A stretch of 60,064 nt of DNA, counting the filler, from Jimgerdemannia flammicorona (taxonomy: Eukaryota): NCBI GenBank assembly GCA_003990765.1. It is 3 parts of 3 records of this genome, joined end to end, with 100 filler letters (N's around TTAATTAATTAA, not from the genome) between each part and the next. Parts side by side here need not be neighbours in the genome. Positions count along the whole stretch, not along the records: positions 1 to 19,957 come from RBNJ01001792.1; 2 more parts are not named here. One strand, 5' to 3'. The notes under the pieces are model-generated. The model worked only from the letters and a program-made list of their open reading frames with translations, did no database searches and was not told the origin of the DNA. The position numbers were made by a program, and so were the translations under genes. Shown here piece after piece: positions 1 to 11,290 of this stretch; within the stretch, counting starts at the first letter, position 1, and the number at the start of each line of letters is the position of its first letter.

Positions 1-643
1 CCCCCCCCAACACTGCCTGCCCGAAGTATGGCAGTTGCATCAAACAGTGACGCCTTCTAGTGAGAATACCACCCAAGAGGGTGTTGATTGAGCCGTCCGA
101 GGTGAGCTCCGGCCGTCTGGCATAAATCAATCCGGCATCCTTTGTATTGTCGTGACAAAGTGGTCTGAAGACCCTCATTGTCCGGATTCTTTTGGCCTTG
201 ATGTTTGTCCACTCGGATCGGAAAATTAATAAATAATGAAGGCTGTCTTGGACGGCGAGAGGGCCGCGTGTGCTGTTGTGATGAAATGTGTTGGTCAAAC
301 CAATCTGGACGATGTTGACCGTGTGGTGCTGCTGGAATGGATTGCATTGTCCTTGGACATTCTTTTTTGTGGAGATGGCAGCACTTATTGACAGGTCATT
401 TGTTCGTGTAGTGTGATATTGTGAGTGGGCTCTCTCAATCTGCTTGATGTTCGGATCCCCATTTCTTTGTGCGTTGACGGGCATGAAAACACAGAATAGT
501 ATATAATTTACACGGTGTATTATGTCATTGTTTTACGACATAATTATGTTGTAAACATAATTATGCCAAAATGATGTTTAGGTAATCTAGACCCTGTATC
601 AGAACTCAAATATCCATTAATGAATTAACAGACTGTCACATTC

Positions 644-1842
644 CTACCCAATCCCATCCACGAAACTCCTATGCAACACAACAGCCTTGAAATCGCCAAC
701 CTCGGCCCTCGCAAGTTCCCCGAACGTGCGCGCATCTAGCACAAGCACGAACGTCCTCATTCCATCGTTCGATTCTTTGTCGTTCACAACGTACAACAGG
801 ACCCCATCGTCCTCCCCCACGCCCTCCGGGTTCGGAATGAACACGGGCACCGACGCGCTCAGCCCCATCGCCTATTTCCCTCTCCGTTCTCCAGATCTAT
901 TTTCTTCAGCACGCTATTCCCCGAGTTCTCATAATTTCCTAGCCCATACGCATACCGGTACGCCTTCCGCTCATACCCGGGGTTGATCCTCGGAAGTTCC
1001 AGCTCCTGTGCCCGAACCTCGTCTCGAAGTGATGGGACTTGCCCGTGGCGTCGAGGGAGAAGGGAGTGAAAGTGGGTTTCATGCCCAAGTTTGTGACGAA
1101 ATTGAAGTACTCTAAAGTCGAGGCGTCGGTTTGATGATGAGAGGCGGACACCTGGCCGACCAGTTTCGAGTCGATGTCCGTGTACGTGAGTTTGGGCGGG
1201 GCGAAACGGGTTCAATAGACTGGATGAAGGAATCACCTACCCAGGGTCGCCGAGTCGAGTAGCTGCAGGAGATTCCCGTCCATCTTCACCACGAGGACCA
1301 ATTTATCCTCGGCCATCTCCTTGGCCAAGGGGACGTTGGGCGTGAGGGTGATATTAATATTCTCGCTGCTGGGGTCCTCATCACGCATGCGCTGCGTCGC
1401 CTTGGGATCAGCCGTGAAGCGGCGGTAGAAGCTCTGGAACCGGCCCAGCGTTGTCTGGCACGGATCACGCCCAAACACGAGATATGTATCATCTCGTCGC
1501 TCGTTCCGCTTGGCGATGCCGAGCGCCGTGTAGCGCGAGGTATAGCGGATTGAATTGCTGTTGCCCAGGAACTCGAAACGGGGACCTGCGCGAGGCCGTC
1601 GAAGGGGTGGTTGACATGGAAGGTTTTATTGTTGGGGAGGGGGATGTTGAACACGCCCTGACCTAATTGGAGGCGCAAGAATTAAAAGGAAATGAAGAGA
1701 GATATTGTCAGGATTCAATGCGTTCGAACGAAAGTCGGTATTCGGCACCAAAAGAGTGGCTTGCCAGTCTTGTACAGCGCCCCATCCAACCATTCCGGTA
1801 GCTTGGTTCTGAGGTCTCGGGACAGTTTGCAATCGTGATCAT
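644..1842 (-). pseudogene. Carotenoid cleavage oxygenase (RPE65 family) pseudogene
   Basis: Family motifs are spread over several frames: MITIANCPETSEP, LPEWLDGALYKTG/QGVF (across a GC-AG intron at 1663-1764), NHPFDGL, ENINIT, ELPRINPGYERKAYRYAYG, PVFIPNPEGVGEDDGVLL, LVLDARTFGELARA and HRSF. Several frameshifts and only ~1.1 kb of coding sequence imply large deletions. Confidence 0.85.
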
Positions 1843-3119
1843 TGTTGTTTGTTATTGTTGTTTGTTATGAGAGAGGGAGAGGAATGCCTTGAAGCAATCG
1901 GAGAAGCTTTCTACAACTTTGATCCTGCCCGAATTTAAACGTGTAACGATTTTCCTACGGAAAACCCATATTTGTTTAGTTGTATTCGCACAGACACCCC
2001 TCCCCGAAATGATGTTCTGAGTCTCGGTAAGACACTGGGATGGAGCTCCTTAACAACCCGCCCTAGCCATATTTGGCATCGGCTGTGCTCCTCAATCTCC
2101 GATTTACAACTAAGATCTGACTGTTGAGGGTTAAAAATGACACAGACTTCAAAAGAGTGGGATCTGAGAGAAATTCGGCAAACAGGAAACGGTTCCTAAC
2201 CTGACTTTTGTTGTTTCCATGAGAAAAATGACCAGACATGCATATATCGGGAACAAGAAGGCAAAAAGAACAAGATATTCCATATACCCAATAGCTGTAG
2301 TTTGTAAAACTAGGCACGGGCCCATGTGCAATTTATACAAACCGCGGACGATTACCGATGGATGATGCATACCGTCCACAAATGTTCATTGTTCTTACCT
2401 TCCGGTGCGCTGTGCTTAAATATATCTCACACCGCACACCAATGGGTGTTATATCATCCTTGGCGTGACTGCTCAAGTAACGTCACCGTCTCCAAGCATT
2501 GTCTCAACGACAATGGGGTGGGTGCATTGTACGTATAATTTAAACCCCCCTCCCCGTCTCAAAAAAAAAAAAACTACATCATAAGGCCTAGGAACGATTG
2601 AGAAAATCAACGGTAGAGGCAATTGTAATTCTTGACGTCGTTTCTTACCGTCCTACTTGCCACCTGCTGTTGCCTCTTCACCCTTCCAAATTGTATGCGT
2701 TTTGCATGCTGATCAATTCTCATTATAATATCCCTCTCCAAACAGATTAAAAACTCACGCGGAAGAGATTCGCCAATGTCTGGCATGCCGTAAAACAAAT
2801 TGAAAATGCGAATTCTTATATTGTGATTTCCCAATTTACAATCTGAAATCTTTTCCCGGCCTCCCTCTGCAGAAACCATAAATAATATTTTGGCCGATTG
2901 TTTCTCTACACTATATATAACATATACATTGCACTCATATTCAACATTTTTACAAGTTATCCCCGCCCCGCAAATGTCTGCTCGCCCTCATCCAGACCTC
3001 TTCCCATTTTCCTTGCTTCGCGCCTTCTGATCCCTGGATGCCTTATACCGCCGTGATAAAAAACTATACATCTCGTTCAACTGACATTACTCCAACCTCT
3101 ATCACTTTCCTAAACAACA

Positions 3120-6100
3120 TTATTGCCACGTCGGTGACAACTGCTCAGATTTTTCGCGCATCCGTCGCGCTCGCGTCATGATCTCTGCAAGAAAAAAAAA
3201 GAAAAAAAGAAAAAAAAGATTAGAAACCCGAACCCTAAATCGGACCTCTTACTTCACTCACCCAACACAAGCAAATAAACCCCAAACCAGCCAGTTCCTT
3301 TCTACTCACCTCGACTCTTCTCCCTTACCGCCTCGTCCGCGGAGACTTCCTCAATCCCCTCTCCATCATCCGTCCTCCTTTCCAGCTCCGCCTCGGGTAT
3401 GGCAACCAGGAACGTGAGTACATCAAAGAACCCCTCAGCGGCGGCGCAATGCATGGCCGTCCAACCCTCTGCATCCACGGCATTGACGTCCGCGCCGCGC
3501 TGCTCGACCAAGTACCGCACGATATGCTCGTGGTCGTACGACGCGGCGAGGTGCAGCGGCGTGAGTGACTTAGCCGTCAGGGGGGCGTTGACGTCCGTGC
3601 CGGGAAACTGCTCGAAGACGCGCCGAACCGCCGCCAGGTCACCCGACTGGCTGGCATCCATCAGGAGCGCGATCGGGTCGAAGGAGACCCGACGGACTAG
3701 ACGCGGTACGGGTGCGTCCGCGGTGTTGGGGAGTGGAGGGGGAACAGACGCCGAGCGTTGAATGAAGGCCACAGGCGGCGTGTTCATGTGATTAGAGGAT
3801 GGCGGGAGGAGCGAGTCAACGTGGCGGCGTGCTGGAGCCGAGGTTGAGACCGAGGCAGGGACCGAGGCTGGGGCCGAGGCTGGTGCCGGAGAAGGGAAGA
3901 GAAAGGTTGAGGGTGTGACAGGGAGATTTATTGGGAGGGACGTGGGACGTCGGGGGCAGGGGTCCGAGTGGGTTTGTCTTGGGCCGTTCGGCCACGCAGG
4001 AGGAGAGAGCAAGTTGGGACGGTTATCGGAGTCGTCGTCGTCCCATGCGTTTCGTCTCGGCTTGTTCTGTACCCGCATCTTCAGGCTGGATGGGGCCTCA
4101 TCCAGCCACGCAGGCGGGGAGGGCATGTTGGAGCGGCTGTCTAGGTCATCATCCCATTCGTTTTGTCTCAGCGTGTCCTGCACGCGCATCTTCAGGCTTG
4201 ATGGCAAGGAGGCCGGCAGCTCTGGCAGCGGATGCGGTTTCCTGAAGGCAGACGTCGGTCGCGAAACGGGCGAGTCCGGGTCCTGCGCTGCGGGTAGACG
4301 AAGTGCTGAGGGGACGTCGTCGTCCTCGCCATTGCGTGCCGAAGATGTGGGTATGTATGCTGAAGATGCAGTGTTCAGTACGGGGGATATCGATGCGGTA
4401 GACACGTACTGTTGCCTTGTGAAATTGAATATGCTATTGCCAATGGTATTGATATTGCTATTGCTATTTATCCGGGTATTATTATGCACATTGTCATTAC
4501 TATTCGTACGCTTCCCATCCTTCCGCAACCCATGGAACAAGACGGACTCCAACCCCGACATGGCCCTCTCAAGCCTGGTCATTCCCGCGACCTGCGCGTG
4601 ACGACCCTGGCCCGGGCCTTTCTCCTCGACGGGTGATGTTGCGAATTGTTTCTGCGTGGTGGCAATGATAGCGTCGGTCTCGCCCCACCAAATCTTTCCG
4701 CCGCCGCCGGCAGAGGCCAGGACTGGGGACGGGGACGAAGAGCAGGGGAGGTCAAAATAGGATGGGGAGTTCGAGGTCGTGCGGGTGGGTTGTTGTTGGA
4801 AGGTCTCTGGGGAGAGCACGCGCAAGGAAGCGGTTGAGGTCGAATTCGAGTTTGTATTTGAGTTCGAGGATGAAGACGAGGATGAGGATGAGGTGGAAGA
4901 GGAGGAGGCGGAGGCGGAAGTAGGCACGCGGAAAGAGGTAGCAGAGCGCGGGATCTCAAAGTAGGAAGTCGGCGAAGTGGTCATGGTGCCGAGAGCCGTG
5001 CGCGGGCGCGGACCGATTGTGCCGCTTGGAGTCGGGGCACGCGGAGTGCGCCAGGTCGGAGTTGTGGAGAGGGCTGGGGAGCCTCTGCTTATTGTGCCGC
5101 CGTATGAATTGAACGGGACGGCTGGAGGGCGAGAAGACGTACTCGGAAGGTTGGCGTCGATCGTGGGGGGAGGTGACTTTTGGGCGGCGCCGCGCTCGAG
5201 AGTGCGAGCACCCGGAGTAGGCGGCCGGGTAACGGGCGTGGTTGGACGAGTAGTTGAGGGTATAGTTGACCGAACTGTGGCTGGTGTAGCGGGCTGAGTG
5301 GGAGTGGGCGCACTCGCGGGGCGCTTGAACAGCGATGAGTCGATGCCGTCGCGCTCGTGGCGAGGTGCCGCGGTCCAGGTCTCGCGGCGGACAGTTGGGG
5401 GCTTGAACTTCGTCGTTTCGGCTACAGCCGATGCGCGTTCATTAGGCGCCAGGACGGTGTGTTCCATGATGGCAGGCAGGCGGCCCGATTCGTCCCTCGA
5501 GTTTCCTCGCTTTGGATTGATCACGGCGTTCGCCTTTGGTTTCGTCTCGCTTTCCACCGCCACGCCCTTCTCCAACAAAGCCGATCGAATCTTCGCGACA
5601 GACACGGTATCGACGACCGCAGGGTTCGACGCCGCGCGCCTTGGCGGAATCCGTCCACGCTCTTCGCTCTTCTTCACCTCTTCGCTCCTCCTCACCTCCT
5701 GCTTGTCATCCCCCTCTCCACCAATTCCTAAACTCCACACCGCGCTGGGTGTGGGGCACTTCCACCCCTCCTCGGGCTCTGGACTCGTTACTATCCGGCC
5801 CAGTGCTGACGCAGGCCTACTACGCACGGATCCGGTGGGCATGGGTGTAGTAGCCCTGGACGCCACCGGTGAGGGTAAGGGCGGCCTCTTTACGACAGCC
5901 GTCGGGAGTGGCGACGATGCCCTCGGGTCTACGGGGGACGACGTTGGAGGCCTCCTTAAGACAGCGGTGGGCAATGGGGAAGATGCCCTCGAGGAAGAGG
6001 GCGAGGAAATTACAGGCCCGCCGAACATGGCGACCTTATCAAGGATACGTGGGCTAAGGCGGGGGGGGGGCCCGCGTGAGAAGTTTATGAAACCCGGGCT

Positions 6101-7552
6101 GTTATTGGTTGGGTTGTCGGTGCTCGGAGCGAACGATCCGATGGGGATGCGGAGGTGCAGGGCGGGCGGACGGAGATTCTTGAGCGTGTTACCGAACGTC
6201 TGGGTCGGCGTTGGGGTCGTGGAGCGAGAGGTTTGGTCTGGTGCGCTCGTAGATAACGCAGGAGGGGAGGGGAGGGGCTTGGAGTTCGGATTGAAGGGCC
6301 TGGAAGGGAGCGGGATCCGTTCTTGAAAGGGAGAGGGTTGGTCCGAGTTGCTACGTCTAGGGAGGTTGTTAGGATTTGTTGGGTTGTCGGGACGAGGTTT
6401 GATGTTGTCGATAGCGTCGCGAGTCTCGGGGACGCCAGTCTTGGTGATGTTTGATCCTTGCGCGACCGGCGCGATCTCTCTCATCACCGGCTTGCTCTCG
6501 ATCGTTTTGGTTCGGTTCTCGCGGTTTTTATTGTTGGGCTCGATCAACGGGCTCTTCGTCCTTGTAGCAAGCGTGTGATGTTTGGCGCGCTGCTCGTTGG
6601 CTCTCGTATGTTCGTCATCGTCATCGCTCGGTTCGGTGAAGGACCCGTCACCCTGCGCATCAGAGCGATCCGTGTCTTCGTCATCGTCTTCCTCGTCGCT
6701 CTGCGAGGCAGAGTCAGTGAGGGCGCCCTTGGATCGGGTGACGACTTGATGTGAGATAGTTGTGAGGGGAGGTCGTGGATCGGTTGATGCGGATGTGAAC
6801 ATGATGCGGTTTTCAAAGTGATCGGGCGACAAAGAAACAATCAACAAACACTCAAACCCACCTTCACCAATCTCCCAAAACGCTGCGCTACAACTCTCGT
6901 CCGCGCAATCGACAGGCCTAAGCCCCTTCCCGTTTCTCCTATTCGGATTGGCACCCAGCCTCAGCAGCCTCGTGACCACTTGCGGCAGCGCATTAAAACT
7001 CGCGAGGTGTAGCGCGGTGTTTCCTTCGCCCCACTCCTGATCCATCATCACGTGGACGGGTCGATCGGATCTCATGACATCCCGCGACGCCGTGGCGAGG
7101 AACTCGAGCAGCTGGAGGGCGCAATCCTCAGCGCCGGCCATGCATGCGAGCTGGACGGCGTTGAGCGGGCCGATAGCGGCGCCGAGGAGCTTTGTCGATT
7201 CCGGGATAAGCTCCGGATCGAAACTGTAGTGCCCGCTGCCGCCGGGGGACGTCGGCCCGTTCTGGTGCGAGCAGGCGAGGAGGACGTGGATAGCTGCGAT
7301 AGGGTCGGCAGCATCGAGGTGGGAGCGGAGGGTGACTGGGTCATCGTCGGCGAGGGCACGGAGGATTAAGCGCCAGAGGGCACGCTCGTCAGGCCGGAAG
7401 GGCGAGGTGAGGAGGAAGGCGGTAAAGGCCGAGGTTGGGGAACTAGGACGAGTTGGTTGGGGAGGGGAAGGGTTCGGGGTGGGCGTGGGGTGTGGCGTAA
7501 ACGGGCGGTCGGCGCCGGGGTGTGGGAGAGGAGGTTGTTCGAATAGCATCAT
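3120..7552 (-). CDS. Large ankyrin-repeat protein: N-terminal ankyrins, long Pro/Ser/Thr-rich linker, C-terminal RVxF + ankyrin module (ASPP-like putative PP1 regulatory subunit)
   Basis: 1416-aa ORF with GNTALHLA, RRVSFDPIALLMDASQSGDL, LTPLHLAA and GWTAMHCAA. A GT-AG intron at 3185-3309 joins a last exon 3120-3184 (EIMTRARRMREKSEQLSPTWQ*). A probable in-frame intron lies at 6745-6861. Confidence 0.85.
3983..4204 (-). repeat. Intragenic tandem duplication, 2 x 111 nt (37 aa)
   Basis: PSSLKMRVQ...WDDD...SPPAW occurs twice; cgcatcttcagg starts at 4074 and 4185. Confidence 0.85.
5810..5992 (-). repeat. Intragenic tandem repeat, ~3 x 66 nt (22 aa)
   Basis: SRASSPLPTAVLRRPPTSSPVD / PRASSPLPTAVVKRPPLPSPVA / SRATTPMPTGSVRSRP. 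Confidence 0.8.
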
Positions 7553-9419
7553 CGATAGAGAATCATGGGAGATTGGTTGGGAGGACCAAGAGGCGAGCTG
7601 GGCTGGCCGTAGAGAGTCGGGCGTAAGAAGGGGGGGAGGGTGGTCGTGAATCGTGGTGGTCGATGATTTTGTTGGGTCGATGTCGATGTCGTGTGGATGG
7701 CGTGAAGGAAGGGTGGCACTAGGGCGGATGTGTGCAGTTAAGATGGTATTTTTTTTTTTTTTTCGCGGGGCAGAGAAACCGCGCTAGACTTGAACTTCAC
7801 CCGCTTGTATTTGACAGAACCGCGGTGACGAAAAGGGGCTAAGAGAAACCTTTCCCGAATGAAATAGCCGATCTCCTTTTCACGGCGATGCAATGTTTTA
7901 TTTTTATTTTTTTTTAAAGTATTTCGCTAAAGTGGTGCGATGATGTCCGCGTGTCTTTTCAGTTACGTCGTCGTCAGCAGTTCCAAGACCGTTAGCGCCA
8001 AGACGAAAAAGTGCAAGCTCATCGATCCGGTCGATAACTGGTCACCGGTGCGCGCCCCTCGAGCATTGTCGGCGCGCGGTTGCAAGATGATCTAATTGTG
8101 TGGTCATGGCGATAGCGGCGCACACCCGCACCACAGCGAAAAGACATAATGGTGACGTATTGGGCCCCCAGATCGGGCAGTCCCGTGATCCATTCCGGTA
8201 AATCGGGGGACGCAGTCACCCCCGTATTTGGCACGGGCGTGATGAATAACTCTGGTCCCCTACCCCCTTTACAAAAAACCTTTATTATTATATACAAACA
8301 CACCCGGTCGTTGCCGGGGCTTCGCCAAAAAGTCCCTTTTTGCGTAGTTTGATGTCCGTGCCCGGACTGCACGTGATTCTATTTATGGCGGCAAGGGTTG
8401 GTGGTGCGTAATGTTCATGTGTTCTTTCGATGGATAAGACCCAAAATGATTATCCAACTCCTCCCTCCTGGACGTAATGTTCATATGTTAATTGTCCTCG
8501 TGCACGCCGATCTCACATTAATGCACCCACTTATATATATCCATACTTGCTTGCTTGCTCATGTAATCCGGACGTTTGAACAAGCATGTAGCGACAGGAC
8601 CGCTAATTTTTTTTTCATGTGTAATTACTTCCCGCTCGACATGAATGCGCCGAACAAAAAACATCATCCAGTACATGCTGTTCATGGGTCCTCCAAATAT
8701 GGGCCTTCATTTCCTCCAACAGCCAAAAACATAGACCCTCGTCGAATGACCCGTGCGCACGTCGTTCATGTGTCCCCTGACGGATGGATATGGATTTCTC
8801 GAATGCGTACCCCAGACCCTTCCAAATTGTTTCATGTATATACCCCGTGCTCACGTGTTGATAGGACCCATTTCTACGCAACCCAGAAGGACGATCTCCC
8901 CGAGCTTTCATATGCACAGACGCTCATGTGTCCTCTCAACAAATGCATAATCTGAGACAAGAGCAAAACCGGCCCAATTCATTTGGTCCCATGGCACACA
9001 CGCGCACAAATAAATTCGAGATTAATGGCCCACTGCCGTAAATATCATATTGGACATTTTACGTCACTCATTTATCAGGCTTGAAGATTTTATTTCACTG
9101 TCACTTTGCTTGTGCTTTTTAATGATTCAATAACTAAAATAATTGTAGTAAGCAACAGAGCTATAGCCTAATGCTCTTCTGGGAGCAGAACATGAATTTT
9201 TTCAGAGAATGTTTCTTCATTTTCATACTATAAATTCCTCTATAACTGGATTATCATCAATAAAAATACCAAAATCTGGTGTATTTCTTTCATTCTGACA
9301 GAACCACCTTAAAGAAAAATAACTATTATTTTTTGTTTTGACTAAAATAATCTATATACTTAAAATAACTTTATAAAAGAAATATATAAGTATATAAAAA
9401 GAAAAATAAATATCAATTT

Positions 9420-10349
9420 ATGACAAAAAACATAATCAATGAACTCCAAGAGAAAAACAAAGAATTATTAAACCAAATCAAACAATTAAAAGCACCATTA
9501 TGAGTTAAGCAGTTGAATAATGAAGAAATTGAATAAGAGATAATCAAATATTTAGGGAATAGACACATTACTCATAATTCTGATCTAGTAGTAGTTGATA
9601 AAATTGCCCAAATTAATAATGAAGAATACTAATTAAGACTTTGCAAGAATTATCCTGCTGAAAGTTCTTAGTAAGGATAAATTTGCTTGCTTTATCAATA
9701 TATTAAATATTATGATAATTGATTTAAATACTATAATGAAATAAATGATACTAAAAAAGATATTTTCTCTACTCTACAAGATTTAGATTTAGAGGAAAGT
9801 AAGAAAATTATTGAAAAATTATTAGAAGAGGATAAGATAAAAAAGAAATCATTTGAAGAAGACCAAAGAGAAGAGTTTAGAAATTATTATGATCTTTATA
9901 GTGTTTCTCTTAAAGATATGGTAAAAGATATTTACTGAATAAACTACAAAAGTTAAAAATGAATATAAAAGTTTCAAGAAAACTATTAAGAAACTTTTAT
10001 TAGATTATTCTGAATTAATAGAAGAGGATATAGAAAATGAAAGAGCTTATTAATTAGAAGAAAAATTATAAAAATTATTAGAGAAAATCAAAAATAGTAA
10101 AGATAAACTCAATGAGGTTATTATGGGAATTATTAAGAAATGAGAAGTAGATATTAAAACTCACTTTATCTCTTTTACTGAAATTAGCAAAAAATGAAAT
10201 GATAAAAAGGAAGTTTCTTTAAAAGAGAAAATTAGAGATAAGTTGAAATTTTTGAAAAAAGAATATAAGAAAAATACTATTCAGAAAGCTAAGATTAAGG
10301 AACTTCAAGTAGAATTAAATAAGTAAAAAAGATTATTAGCAAAAGAGTA

Positions 10350-10442
<93 letters not shown>

Positions 10443-11262
10443 AAAACTCAAAAGGTAGAAAAAGAGAACTTGTAAAGATAATTATATTTATTCAAAAAAA
10501 GCTTTATTTAAAATACCAAGCAAGTTTAAGATATTAGAAATAAAAATAAAAGGTAAATTTTCACAATTATCAGAAAAAGTTAAGTCTTAAACTCAAGAAA
10601 TAGTTATTTAGATAGAAGTTAAAACTAAATATATAATAGTAAGAGAGTTAATTTACACAATTTTGAAATTAAAAGAGTAGAATAGAGAGAGTATTTGTGA
10701 TTTTTGCTCTCACTTTGAAAATAGTGAAAATCAATCTATCTATTAAATTAGAACTTATAGCAAAGTAGCTGGCAAAATAATTAAAAATGACTATATATAT
10801 ATAAACTGTAAAAAAAAGGGTTTAAATGATAAATTACTCAAATATAAAAGATATAAAAGATTAAAAACTAAACTAAATTTTGACTTTTAGAGTAATAAAT
10901 ATATTTGCTATTATAGATATAATGAAAATACAGAGAAAAAAGCACTTTCACTTTTACCTAATGAAGAGATAAGTTATTCAGTATTTTATAAAAGATAGAT
11001 AAATACTTTATAAGAGAAAAAAGATCAATTAGCAGTAGAAGTAGACAGATACTTATCTCAAAGTCTTAAAGTTGTCAAAGACTAACATAAAAGACAAAAG
11101 TAAGAAATATTAAACAAGATTAAAAAATTAGAGATAGAAGTAGAAAGGTTAAAAAAATTAACTCTTAAAGAACTAATAAGGAAAATTAATGAGTTAAAAG
11201 CCTAATTAGAGTAATAAAATAGCCAATTTGTAACTCAAATCAAAATTAAAAAGTGATCTTAA
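9420..11262 (+). pseudogene. Decayed intronless Lys/Glu-rich coiled-coil ORFs resembling genes of Mollicutes-related endobacteria (MRE)
   Basis: Frames stay coherent if stops are read through: MTKNIINELQEKNKELLNQIKQLKAPL*VKQ..., ...IIKK*EVDIKTHFISFTEISKK*NDKKE..., ...QEIVI*IEVKTK, then ...ICDFCSHF...LE**NSQFVTQIKIKK*S*. Many TAA/TAG fall where Gln fits and five in-frame TGA fall where Trp fits. Very AT-rich. Origin is inferred, not searched. Confidence 0.55.
10351..10441 (+). repeat. Interrupted poly(A) tract inside the MRE-like ORF
   Basis: About 90 nt of A broken by TAC, splitting a coding-like frame. Confidence 0.9.
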
Positions 11263-11290
11263 TCAAAAGTAAAGAAGTAAATATTTTTAT

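Noticed and set aside
57..347. Possible HMG-box remnant on the minus strand (RP.TAFIIY...FRSEWTNIKAK.NPD)
   Set aside because: Needs several frameshifts and lies at a contig edge; too weak without an HMM search.
3915..6326. Plus-strand ORFs of 228 and 342 aa overlapping the ankyrin gene
   Set aside because: Antisense shadows of a GC-rich coding region.
8398..8955. 185-aa ORF
   Set aside because: Non-ATG start, no recognisable domain and no supporting splice structure.
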